Part shown: one piece after another, positions 24,648-36,880 of the stretch
How the letters are laid out: each line of letters opens with the position of its first letter
Position numbering within the stretch: position 1 is the stretch's first letter
NCBI RefSeq assembly: GCF_001194135.2
Contig: NC_069003.1
Coordinates: 17,923,607-17,987,606 of the forward strand
DNA: 64,000 nt
Reading direction: 5' to 3'
Origin: Octopus bimaculoides
Lineage: Eukaryota
Made by a program: the position numbers and the translations under genes
The notes under the pieces: model-generated
The model's database searches: none
Told to the model about the DNA's origin: nothing
Seen by the model: the letters and a program-made list of their open reading frames with translations, nothing else

Positions 24648-24792
24648 CTGTAGTAGTCGGGTAAAATTATGTGAACTCCTGAGCTAGGTTTACAAATATT
24701 TTTGTTTTCTGCGTTGGACATCATCCTGATTGAATCTGTGTAGGGTCCTGTTGCATTGATGACACAGCGAGCTTTTACTGTCCATTCTTCTC
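24648..24792 (-). CDS. GPD2: GPD2 exon (GEEWTVKARCVINATGPYTDSIRMMSNAENKNICKPSSGVHIILPDYYS)
   Basis: VINATGPxTD and GVHI motifs. Acceptor gatacttcag|, donor CAG|gtgaat; 145 nt, phase 1 to 2. Confidence 0.97.
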
Positions 24793-25059
24793 CTGAAGTA
24801 TCAAATAGTAACAAACAGGAACACAAAAATATAATATACTTTCTGATGAATGACATTTAAAGATGACAATGACAGAGTCATGTTTATATATCACTTTATA
24901 CATACATTTCATGGAAGATATACAATGTGTCCATATGGCGGATCATCTGTCACTTAACTTCAACAATATGCATTTCTTGTAATTTTGACAATTAATGTTC
25001 AGATGTTTGGCCAATTGAATTATCTGCTCATCAAATTAACAGAAATGTGGCTGAGTATT

Positions 25060-25910
25060 CAGCAGACTTGTAGTTTTAATCTTTATGAATTTATTAAAAT
25101 AACTGTCATTACTTTTGTGCTGGTGTTTGGAACATAAAAAATTAACATGAAATTTTGATGGAAGAAGGTTTTAACTTATTTCACATTAAAACAGGAAATT
25201 TATATTGTAGCACCAGGGGCAGTCTTAGCTGAGTTACACATTGACTGATACAGTCACACAATAGTCCTTTTGTTACCATATTTCTGTTGAAATCCACAGC
25301 CTTTGTTTCACTTAATTGTGAAAAATAATAAAGAATTTACTAAAATAACCTTGTCATTATTTAATCTGGTGTTTGGAACATAAATTAATATGAAATTTTG
25401 ATGGAAGGTTTTGGTTTCGATGACTTTAAAACAGGAATCTTAGCTGAGTTACAGAACAAAGACAGATAGGGTCACAAAATATTTAACCCATTTGTTATAC
25501 TTTTCTTGGAATACAATGCTTTTGTTTCATTTACTTTTAAAAATAATGAATTTAGTAAAATAAGTTAGTCAGTTTAATCTGGTATTTGGAAAATAAACCA
25601 ACATGAAATTTTGATGGAAGGTTTTAATTTAGATCACTTTAAAACAGAAAGTTTATATTATAGAATTAGAGGCAGTCTTTAAGTGATCAAGTTGTACAAT
25701 ATTTAATCCTTTTGTTACCATATTTCTGTTGAAATACACTGCCTTTGTTTCATTTAATTTTGAAAAATAATTATCATTATTATTAATCTGGTGTTTAGAA
25801 CAAATTAACATAAAATTTTGATGGAAGGTTTTAATTTAGATCACTTTAAAACAGGACATTTATATCACAAAAGCAAGGCACTCTCAGGCAGATTGGTATT
25901 AAAAGGATTC
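25060..25910 (+). repeat. Head-to-tail array of about four 200-230 bp units resembling a piggyBac-type MITE
   Basis: The block CTGGTGTTTGGAACATAAATTAA.ATGAAATTTTGATGGAAGGTTTT...TAAAACAG recurs four times. Units start TTAACCCATTTGTTA / TTAATCCTTTTGTTACC and the last ends GGTATTAAAAGGATT (decayed TTAA-CCCTTT...AAAGGG-TTAA ends). Confidence 0.65.
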
Positions 25911-26233
25911 CTATAATTCTCAAGTCAATCAACTGGACAATTCACGAAAGGTTGGACCCTTGAAATGCAGTTTCAATCCATCCGATAGGCTTTACCAATG
26001 TCTATTTACCCAATTTCACCCACAATACATCAGTCAGTTTGAGATTATGAAAGAAAACAATTGCCCAAGACAGCATGCTGTGGGTATGTATACAGGATTG
26101 CACGATTGTGAAGCAAACTTCTTAGCCACTCAACCATGCCTATATCTATGTGCATGTACATGTGTGTGTACATCTGTAGTGAATACTTCTATCGCCATTA
26201 TATACAAACAAACCATCTTCTCTCACTATAAAT

Positions 26234-26699
26234 AGTAACAAGTGTGGGCGTAGTAGAAAACAACTCATTCCCTGTCATCACCTGACTGATTATTATTTGA
26301 AGCGGCAACTGCCTCGTACCGTTCCCGCCAGAACGCAAAGTGACCAACCACAGCCCCTAATAAGGTCAAGTGATAGTGTTTTTCTGGAGCCTACCCTCAG
26401 CTATAAATAGCCTAGATTATACCCAGCAAATTTGTCGCGCCTCAGATCCTAGATCTGGCTGGCGTTGACCACACACGCGTAACACAGCAGCAACCAGTTT
26501 CCTGCGACGACATCGACACCATCATACAACTACGAACTACAAGCATTGCCCCCCGACGTCGCCAGCAGCAACACAACACTACGACTACCAGCATCGCCGC
26601 CAGCGTCAACACGACACTACGACTACCAGCATCGTCCCCGCCAGCGTCAACATGACTCTACACGTACACAAGCTACCAACAGCTACAACAACCGTTACA
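26234..26699 (+). mobile_element. Probable solo LTR
   Basis: Sharply CpG-rich island in AT-rich DNA. Ends CCGTTACA; starts AGTAAC/TGTGGG; TATAAATA at 26403; internal 37-40 bp tandem repeat. No clear TSD. Confidence 0.55.
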
Positions 26700-27196
26700 C
26701 ATCTATGTGTATATGTTTATTCATTTGTTTACTTCCACTTTTCCAGGCCAATATGGGTTAGATGAATACCTATTATTGAGACATTGTTTTAAAAGCAGTT
26801 GCTGCTCTTGTTTCTAACTTTCAACTGTTTTCTCAGTCAGTTATTCTTTTGTTCCACAAGTCTTTAAAAATACAGAGCTGGAGGATACTTTCTTGACATA
26901 GCATCACCTTTTTATTTCACTTTTGCTCAATGCTTTCATGCAAAGATGCAGAATGGAAACACCTACGTACACACACACACACACACAAGTATATATGCAT
27001 GGTTGTGTATTAAGGAGTTTACTTCCTAACCACATGGTTTTGGGCTCAGCCCCACTACATGGAGCCTTGGACAAAGTGTCTTCTAAAGCTCTGCTCATAG
27101 GACTAAACAATAACAACAGATACTGACAGAAACTGTCAAGAGACAGAGTTGGGAAAGACAGAGAGAGAAAGAGAGAAGGGAGACAATGACAATAAC

Positions 27197-27358
27197 CTGT
27201 AAGACAGTCTTTTACAATGGCACCACAGATCTTCTCTTTTCCATTTTCATCTTTTTCCTTCACTAAACTTTTTGCTTCTACACGGTTGGTCAAAGAGCCT
27301 CCCATCCTGATGGCTGTCATGGCCAGTACAATGTTCATCCGGGCATCTTCATGTTGAC
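27197..27358 (-). CDS. GPD2: GPD2 exon (GQHEDARMNIVLAMTAIRMGGSLTNRVEAKSLVKEKDENGKEKICGAIVKDCLTG)
   Basis: GQHxDARMN motif. Acceptor tgattccag|, donor CAG|gttatt; 162 nt, phase 1 to 1. Confidence 0.96.
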
Positions 27359-28059
27359 CTGGAATCAAAGTGAAATATGTGCTTATAATTTCTTGTTTGT
27401 TTGTATGTCTGCAATCAAAATCAAAGTGAGATGACATAGACAATGATTAATAGAAAAGGACATTTAGACACAGAATACCTCTTGTCAACCATGGGATTCA
27501 GAATCAGTGGTTTTGGTACATATAAATATGGAGGATTAGTGCAATAGAATTACTCCTCTGGATGGCTCAGTAATTGTAAATATCACTGAAGAAGAAGACA
27601 TTATGAAGAAGGATATCTTACAACAGGAAAGACAACAAAGTTCAAGTGAGAGAGAAAAATTAATGACAAACACAGACAAGAGAAAAACAACGCAGATATA
27701 TATCCAATCAACATCTACACACTGAATCTATCTATCTATCCAATCAATAGTAAGGAAGCTTCTATATGATTGTTCAACTTGCTAGAAATAAGTAGCAATC
27801 AAATCTCCCTCAAATCATACCCAACTATTATCATAAATATGGAATGGACACAATAGACAACACAGTTTCACCATATTCCTAAAAAGACAGGATGGTCAGA
27901 GTTGGAATGTCTGATCATAGGTTTGCTCAATCAATGTTAACTTAGAGTTATATAACAACAACAGCCACATCCTATGACTCTCTATGCAGTCAGTATTTTC
28001 AACATCCAGTTGTCTAGTTGCAAAAACAAACAAAAACAAAGAATAGAAACCAAGCTTAC

Positions 28060-28223
28060 CGTCATAATAAACAAGAGCACCAACCAATTCATCTCTCTTC
28101 AACATTGGGAACAATTCCAGAGCCTTTGACTTGGACAGGAAATAGCTGCTTTTCAATTTCTGTTTTCCAGCCACGAAGTCATACATTTTAATTCCAGCCC
28201 AATAATAAGGCACTTGCCACCAT
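28060..28223 (-). CDS. GPD2: GPD2 exon (WWQVPYYWAGIKMYDFVAGKQKLKSSYFLSKSKALELFPMLKRDELVGALVYYDG)
   Basis: Within ORF 27896-28213. Acceptor gtcatttag|, donor ACG|gtaagc; 164 nt, phase 2 to 1. Confidence 0.97.
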
Positions 28224-28929
28224 CTAAATGACCATATGCCATTAATTAGTGTTTAATTAACATTAAATCAACAACAACAACATTCTATAATAAGCATTTA
28301 GAAACCACAATATTCACTTTGACAAAATTTCAGGATGTAAACACCTCAATTTATTTCAAAACACATTTTTTTTTATTTCAAATAAATTATAGAAACTATA
28401 TGAAATGTTTTGATCTATTTAATCCCAATGAAATCTCTCTCTCTCTCTCTCACTCAAGATTTTTACTGATTCAAAAAGCTTATGAAAAACTGAATAATTT
28501 TCAAGATTTCCATATTATATATCAACATTTATGTCCACTTTCTCATGCTCACATGGCTCTGATTGAATTTGTTAAGGCAGATTTTCTATGACAGGAGGCT
28601 CTTTCTGTTACAAACTATATCAACCCATTTGCAAACAAGTTAGGTAATATTTCCCAGTTATTCATACATGAACAACACAAATGGTTGGACAGGTTTCCAT
28701 GCAAGACTGCAAATGAATGACACTGCTTTCATGGCAGTGATACTTGTTTAGAATTAGTGTGGATGCCAAGACATGAAAACACAAACAGACAGACACACAC
28801 ACACATCATAGAAGAATCTTGTCCAAAGAACTGCACAGTGGGACTGAGCCTGAAACCATCTGATTGTAAAACAAACTTCTCAACCACATAGAGATGCCTA
28901 CAATTGCAATCAGAAGATGCAGCACAAGG

Positions 28930-29560
28930 CCAGATAGCTGTGGGAAGCGATGACCTTCAGGAGGTAAAGGTGTATGTCTACTTAGGGTACACAGTAAATA
29001 TATGCCAAGACATAGATGCTGAAATCTCAAGGAGAATAAGGACAGAATGGAAGGTATGCTCCAGACAAAGCTAGACAATACCATGTGTGCCAGACTCTTC
29101 AATAGCACTTTCTGTAAGTGACATGGACTATTACACACAGGATAGAACATTGATTGGCTACAACACAAAGGGCTATGGAAAGATCCATGCTAGGAACATC
29201 ACTAAGAGAGCATATTTGAAATAAGATATTTCAAGAATGGAGTGGAGTGAATGATGTGATTGCAGAGTACTGAAAGCACAAGTTACACTGGGCCGGAAAT
29301 GTCACAAAGCTCATAGACAACTTGTGCAGTTGCCAAGTGGTATCCAAGAGATCAGAAAAGGCTACTTGGAAGACCTCCACGATGATGGGAAGATGATTTA
29401 GTCAAGCAAATTGGATCAAGATGGAAAAGAATGGCACAATCAAGACAAAATTGAAAGTGCATTGTGATCAACAGTGTATAACAGCATCTGATGATCTGGT
29501 GATACTGTGACACTGTGATTATATAAACCAAAAGTAGTGGAGCATGGGAAAATAAAATTT
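28930..29560 (+). mobile_element. RTE-type LINE 3' fragment (heavily decayed); same 3'UTR at about 15230-15360
   Basis: Remnants of RT C-terminal motifs (K.HWAG.V...WYPRDQKR.LGRPP.*WE) and a shared tail ACTGTGATCA.CAGTGTATAACA.CA.CTGAT. Confidence 0.55.
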
Positions 29561-30201
29561 TGCAGGGAAGGGAAATGTTACAAACCAGGCAGTGTAAGGA
29601 AGAAGAATGATCCAAAATGAGTGGAGACTTGGAAGTCCTCTGCTGACCTTGATAGTAAATATCACTTTCCACTTTTTACCACCGAAAGACCTGACCTCAT
29701 CAAATGGTGCTAAGAAAGGAAGATGGGAAAGATGACAGTTTCCTAGGAAGCATACATCAAAGACATTTTTCTTTTATCTTTTACTTGTTTCAGTCATTAG
29801 GCTGCAGCCATGCTGGGGCACTGCTTTGAAGAATTTTCAATTGAATGAAATGACCACAGTACTTTTTTTCTTTTTAGGCCTGGTACTTATTCTATTGGTC
29901 TCTTTTGCTGAACTACTAAGTTATGGGGATGTAAATACATGCCAATTGTCAAGCAGTGGAGGAGACAAAAACACACACACACACACACATCATCATCATC
30001 ATCGTTGTCGTTTAACGTCCGTTTTCCATGCTGGCATGGGTTGGATGGTTCGACTGGCGTCTGGGGAGGCAGGAGGCTGCACCAGGCCCCAATCTGATCT
30101 GGCAGTGTTTCTATAGCTGGATGCCCTTCCTAACGCCAACCACTCCGAGAGTGTAGTGGGTGCTTTTTACGTGCCACCAGCATACACACACACACATACA
30201 C

Positions 30202-30274
<73 letters not shown>

Positions 30275-30444
30275 TACTTGATGGGCTTTTTTCAGTTTCT
30301 GTCTACCAAATACACTGAAAAGGCTTTGGTTGGCCCAAGGCTGTAATAGAAGACACTAGTCCAAGGTACCATGCAGTGGGACCGAACACAGAGCCATGTG
30401 GTTGGGAATTAAGCTTCTTACCACACTGCCATACTTGCACCTTT

Positions 30445-30900
30445 ACACAAGACAGAAAATATGGTAAGTTGGTTGAACTCTATGCAAACAATGGACATGA
30501 GACAATTATGCCTTCCTGTAGAGATAAGTATTAGGGGATTTGTTGGAACCAGGGTACACTTGATACTCATGAGTCTTGCACTAACAAGGAAGGATAGAAA
30601 AAGATGTTATCAGAAAATCATTGGAAGTCACTGAGAAAGCAAACCATGAAATCTGGCTCAAGAAAGAGCACAAGCAGTGCAACAAGAACAAACATTGAGG
30701 ATGATAGAAACATCTGATCCAGTGTCACAACATCTGACTCAACAGAGCTCTTGCTTTTGTGTGGTTGTTTTGTCACCTACATTGGTGGGTGATCTCTGGC
30801 AGCCCTGATGTGACAGGGAAAAGGACTGAAACACTTAGAGAACTGCTTCACTGCATTTGGAGAGTGTACAGCAACACCCTCAGATCACAAGTATTTACTT
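30445..30900 (+). mobile_element. HERO/R2-superfamily (REL endonuclease) LINE 3' fragment
   Basis: Frameshifted peptide RKYGKLVELYANNG / PVEISIRGFVG / EVTEKANHEIWLKK resembles the RKxxKY..PVEVGxRGF..AExASxWIW C-terminus of HERO-type elements. Confidence 0.5.
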
Positions 30901-30903
30901 TAA

Positions 30904-30943
<40 letters not shown>

Positions 30944-30959
30944 GTGTGTGTGTGTATTA

Positions 30960-30992
<33 letters not shown>

Positions 30993-31345
30993 TCACACAC
31001 CCACTTTACAAAACTATATAAAAATAGGACTATCCACATTAAAAAAAAAGCATATATAAAAATATGAACACACACATCTCATCTAAAACTAAAGATTTAT
31101 GTATCTATAAAAAATTCATATATGTGTGTGTGTGCATATGCATGTGTGTGTTTGTATGTATGTATGTATGCATCCTACTAAACTGCCCAACCCATAGCAG
31201 CAGGGACAACAGACATGAACTGATAGTGATAATGACTTTATATCACAAAAAAAATATATTTACATTTTTATTTCACCCACAAGGAAGGTTTGTAATATTT
31301 CAATCTACTTCAGATCTTCTGGTTTATGTTACATTGTGCAAAAAA

Positions 31346-31388
<43 letters not shown>

Positions 31389-32235
31389 GCTATCAGGCCA
31401 TAAATATATTCACTTTACTTAACACATGTACTGAGTACTCACTTGAACTAAACTCTTCCAAGTCAGATATCAGTAACACTGTGTGTGTGTGGTGGGGGGA
31501 GTAATTACAATATATTTCTACAACATTCAGTCAAGTATTATCAAAACTAAACATGAATAACCAACTAATATTACATCAACTATAATTAGAGATAAGTCTG
31601 TTTAGATTTCTGCTTCTTACGTTTAATTAAAAATTGCTGGTTGATAACATTTTAATATTTCTGAGGAAAAATGCAGCAAGCTGGCAAAATAGTTTGCACA
31701 GAGGGCAAAATGCTTAGAAGCATTTTGTCTGTCTTTACATTCTGAGTTCAAATTCTACTGAGGTTGACTTTGCCTTCCACCTTTCCAGGGCTGATAAAAT
31801 AAGTACCAGTCAAGCACTGTAATCAACTTTGGCCCCTCATCTAAAACTGCTGGCATTGTGCCAAAATCTGAAACCAGTATTACATTGGCTATAATTAGAA
31901 ATAGCTTTCTTTAGAATTTATGTTTCTAACACTTAATCAAATACTAGTAGCAAAAAACATCGTAATATTTCTGAGAAACTAATAAAAAAAGATTAAAATT
32001 AACTCATAATATAGGTACAGGCATGGCTATGTGATTAAGAAGCTCACTCTGCAAGGATGCAGTTTTGGGTTCAGTCTTACTCTGCAGCACCAGGCTGACC
32101 AATGCCCTGTGAGTGAATTTGGTAGGCAGAAACTCTGTGTGTGTGTGTGTGTGTGTGTGTGAAAACAGGAAAATTTCAAGGTGTTATTTATTGCCCATTA
32201 CACATTTCATTTGCTAATTGGAGTTACATGTATAT

Positions 32236-32271
<36 letters not shown>

Positions 32272-32865
32272 ATATATATATATTCTTTTCTTCTTTTACT
32301 TATTTCAGTCATCTGACTGTGGCCATGCTGAAGCACTGTCTTAAAGGGTTTTAGTTGAAGAAATCAATCCTAGGACTTATTCTTTGCAAGCCTAATACTT
32401 ATTCTGCTGATCTCTTTTCCCAAACCACTAAGTTACGGGGATGTAGAACACCAGCACCAGCTGTCAAGCAGTGGAGAGAGGACAAACACAGACACAAACA
32501 CACACGTATATATATATGTGTGTGTGTCCAGCATTTGTCATGATGGATCACTAGCCACTACACATTATTTATTTTCTCTCCTTGTTTCTTTCTGTGGAAG
32601 AGCACAGGCTCGAAACATTAAAGACTTTTTCACTTCTCAAGCGTTAAAGTAATACATCTGTTTGTTGTCTACACCACCTGTCTTCGTCTTTTGTTTTTTT
32701 GTGAATCCCCCACCCCTTATATATATATATATATGACAGGCTTCTTTTAGTTTCCATCTACCAAATCTACTCACAAGACTTCGGTTGGCCTGGGGCTATA
32801 GTAGAAAACACTTGCCCAAGGTGCCAAGTGGTTGGGAAGCAAGCTTCTTATCACACAGCCATGCC

Positions 32866-32900
<35 letters not shown>

Positions 32901-32904
<4 letters not shown>

Positions 32905-33355
32905 CATGGAAAAATGCAAGCAAGAAAAATAATATTCTTAAGATTATAAATATGAAAAAGTACAGGACAAGTTATTAACACTTGGTAAAGTTCAGGAGAA
33001 GTTATTACATCTGGTAAAGTACAGAAGAAGAAAATTTTTACTTAAAATATTGCAGCTAAAGATAAAATTTCAAATATGTTTAGATTTAGAAAATATTAGC
33101 TTTTATTAAAACTAAAAATTTTATTGCAAGTTATTCTATTTGTTATTACTTGTTCAATTAAAAATTAAAAATAACTCAATCAAAATATTTTATCTTTAGC
33201 TGCAATATTTCAAGTAAAAATTTTCTTGTTCTGTACTCTACCAGATGTAATAACTTCTCCTGGACTTTTCCATGTGTAATAACTTGTCCTGTACTTTTTC
33301 AGATCTTAAGAATATTAAGAATATTGTTACTCTTGCTCACATTTTTCCATGTAAT
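32901..33355. mobile_element. Fold-back/MITE element with about 168-bp TIRs
   Basis: Arms 32901-33068 and 33187-33355 are near reverse complements (ATTACATGGAAAAATG...CATTTTTCCATGTAAT). The arms contain AAAGT.CAGGA.AAGTTATTACA subrepeats. Confidence 0.88.
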
Positions 33356-33999
33356 CCATGTTTTTTTCCAGGCTATGCTATTATGCTAATTAATAATGTG
33401 TCAAATGTGTCAATTAGCAGTGTCATTGATAATTTTTTCCTTACCTCAATGATGCTGGTGACATATATAAAAAATCCCCTAGAACTATATTCATAACAAA
33501 GTATAGAACTATATTATCACCCTCAAATTTGAGAAACAAACATTTTTTTCCCATGTTTTTAAAATAAAAAAGTTAATTATACTTGGATCCAATTTATTTT
33601 TCATGATATTTTACCTCACAACTTTTTTGATACAAATTTTTGTCGCATAGAATCAAAACTATGAAAGTTTTCATGCTTTTTTCTATCACTGAAGCTAAGA
33701 CAAATATATTTTACTTTTGAAACAAAAAAAAGTTATTTAGATCTAAACTTGATTGGTGGCATTATTTACTCTCTTATAATAATGTTGCTACAAATTTTGT
33801 TGTAAAATTTTTTCTACTGGACCAAATCTCAATTTTTTATGCCAAAATGTAGCTAGGGACCAGTCCTCTTCAAAACTGTTAATGGTTTTCCATTTGGTTA
33901 AAAACCAAATTAGCAACAAGCTCTTAAAGGTGCTGCATGTGAGTAAATTGTGGCCTTAAGAATATTATTTAACTTCTACCGTAGTTGAATGATATCATC

Positions 34000-35430
34000 A
34001 TAATCATCATTTAATGTTTGTTGTCCATGCTGGCATGGGTTGGACAGTTTGACCAGGGCTGGCAAGCTGGAAGGCTGCACCAGACTCCAGTCTGTTTTGG
34101 CATGGTTTCTATGGCTGGATGCCATTCCTAATGCCAAGCACTCTGAGAGTGTAATGGGTGCTTTTACGTGCGACTGGCATGGGTACCATTTGCATGACAC
34201 CGGTATCTGCCATGACTGCAGTTTTACTTGGCTTGATGGGTCTTCTTCTCAAGCATGGAATAATGCCAAATGGACTTGGTCATTGCTGCTGTAAGGGCCA
34301 ACACTTGAAGCCCGGCACAATGTCAAATGGTCTCAGTCTTTACCTCCGTGAGGCTCAACATTCAAAAGATGCTTTTATGTGCCATCGGCATAGGTACCAT
34401 TTGCATGACACCAGTATCTGCCACAACTGCAATTTTACTTGGCTTAATGGGTTTTCTCAAACACAACATAATGCCAAAAGTCTTGGTCATTGCCTCTCTG
34501 AGGCCCAACATTCGAAAGAAGCTCAATCACTTTGCCTCCATGAGGCTCCATGTTTGAAAGGTGCTTTTTACATACTACCTGCATGGATGTTGGTTGCGTG
34601 ACACCAGAATCAGCCATGACAGTGATTTCACTTGGTTTGATGTGTCTTCTCAAGCACAGCAAATCACTAAAGGTCTCGGCCATTAGCCATTATCTCTGTG
34701 AGGCCCAAAGTTCGAAGATCATGCTTCACCACTTCGTCCCATGTCATCCTGGGTCTAACTTTACCACAGGTTCCCTCCACAGTTAGGGATCGGCAGTTCT
34801 TTAAGCATCACATGACCATACCAACGAATTCGTCTTTCTTGCACACCACATCTGATGCCTTTTATGCCTAACTTTTCTCTCAAGATGCTTACACCCTGTC
34901 AAACAGGCACACTGATATTGCACATTCAGTGAAGCATACTGGCTTCATTTCTTTCAACTCTACACATATCCTCGGCTGTCACAACCCATGTTCCACTGCC
35001 ATGAAGCATAGCTGTTCATACACAGGCATCATACAATCTGCCTTTCACTCTGAAAGAGAGGCCCTTTGTTGCCAGCAGAGGCAGGAACTCTCTAAACTTT
35101 GCCCAGCTTAATCTTATTCTGACAGCTATGCTCTTGGAGCATCTGCCTCTGCTACTAACTTGATCACCTAGGTAACAAAAGTTAACTACTACCACTAGCT
35201 TACTCTCATGGCAGTTGATGGAGCCTATTTTCTGTACATTTTTAGTGTTTATTGCACCTGTACATCTACCACAGACAAAAGCTATTTTCCCTGTTAACTT
35301 TCCTCTGATATTGCTGCACCTTTTATGTGTCCAAAGCTTACACGGTGCATCTCATAGAGTTACTACCTACACCTTTTCTACAGACTAAGCAGGGTCATCT
35401 ACCTGAAGGGTCCTACTTACTATGACTTTG
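34000..35430 (-). mobile_element. RTE-clade LINE 3' portion with tandemly repeated 3'UTR blocks
   Basis: RT C-terminus homologous to 700-1375 (RWYGHV region at about 34800-34830). Three related ATGACACC.GTATCTGCCA..ACTGCA.TTTTACTTGGCTT blocks, then the common tail and a CAT-rich end. Confidence 0.82.
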
Positions 35431-35520
35431 GTTTTTGGTAGGTTAACTCTAAGGCTCTTCAATTCAAGACTTTACTTCCATACCTGAAACATCTTCTCTA
35501 GTTCTGATAGTGATTCAGCA

Positions 35521-35600
<80 letters not shown>

Positions 35601-36448
35601 CATACATACATACATATACACACAAATATACACACACATTTACTAACACAAACATCATCATATCATTACCACATGCTTAGACAGACACAACCTGTATTTA
35701 CATTCAGTACAGTGATACATATATTTTAACTTACAATACTGCTTTTGTTTTTTGTATAAATTGTGTGTGAGAAGAAACCAGTTTCAATAATGTCTCTACT
35801 AGCATTCGTATTTGAAATCCAATTTTCTCTACAAAAATTGTTTTATTTATATATTTATATGTACACGTATTTTTTGTTTTTATATATGTACATAATTTAT
35901 GTATCATTGTACTGAATGTATCTAAAGTTTGTGTCTAATGATGATGATGATAATGGTAGTGTGTGTGTGTGTCTACGTAGGTGTGTGTGGGGGAAGTATG
36001 TTTGGGATATGTATGCGATAATGTGTGTAAATGTGTGTACATATGTGTATGGATATGTGTGTGGAGTTGTATATATGTACATTGATGTATGTGCATATAT
36101 ATATATATATGTACACTTATTACTCCAATCCATAACTATCACCTTTTTTTGTATTGCTTGATTCTCTGTCTGAAGAATTTCTAATAGATCACTTTCATGT
36201 TTATCCTACATGTACAATTCTGCAATTTCTATCAGCAAATGAAATACGTGTAATGGTGAATAAATAATATCAAACATTTTTTGCAATCTCCTGTTTTGAT
36301 GTATAATTTACTCCGCAAATCATATTTTCAGAATTTTCAACTCTTATGCATACCTCATATATATATGACATCTACATAAAGAATTGGAATAATGGAATAC
36401 TGGAATAAGTACATGCGCTTCAAGAGGATACAGCTTGGATTTTAACTC

Positions 36449-36540
<92 letters not shown>

Positions 36541-36542
<2 letters not shown>

Positions 36543-36880
36543 TAAAAGGTAAAGACCCTCTTCCATCATGGACGACCATAGGATTACACTGAGAAATTTT
36601 CCCTCCAAGGCACAAGTCTGGGCAAGGTTGTTTATGGGAGACCGGCAGTCGCCTATGCATATCAGCCTCCTCTCTCCATGCCACTGATGTCATCCAAGGG
36701 AAAGGCAAAGGCTGATACAGCTTGGTTCCAGTGATGTCACAAATCATTTCTACAGTTGAGTGAACTGAAGCAACATGAAATAAAGTGTATTGCTCAAGAA
36801 CACAACACACAGCTTAGTTCAGGAATCAAACTCACTACCTCATGATTGTGAGCTCTAACCATTGAGCCATGTGCTTTCAC
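36541..36880 (-). mobile_element. tRNA-derived SINE family C (related copy at about 24290-24520)
   Basis: Minus-strand tRNA-like head near 36870, body GTGTTCTTGAGCAA.ACACTTTATTTCATGTTGCT.CAGT.CACTCA, and a TACCTTTTACC tail. Confidence 0.55.

Noticed and set aside
26546-26761. 71-aa Pro/Ser/Thr/Gln-rich ORF
   Set aside because: Produced by the internal tandem repeat of the probable LTR.
34158-34786. Cluster of overlapping ORFs with repeated peptides (TICMTPVSA..LLGLMG)
   Set aside because: They derive from the tandemly repeated 3'UTR blocks of the RTE on the opposite strand, also seen at 260-620 and 54700-54830.
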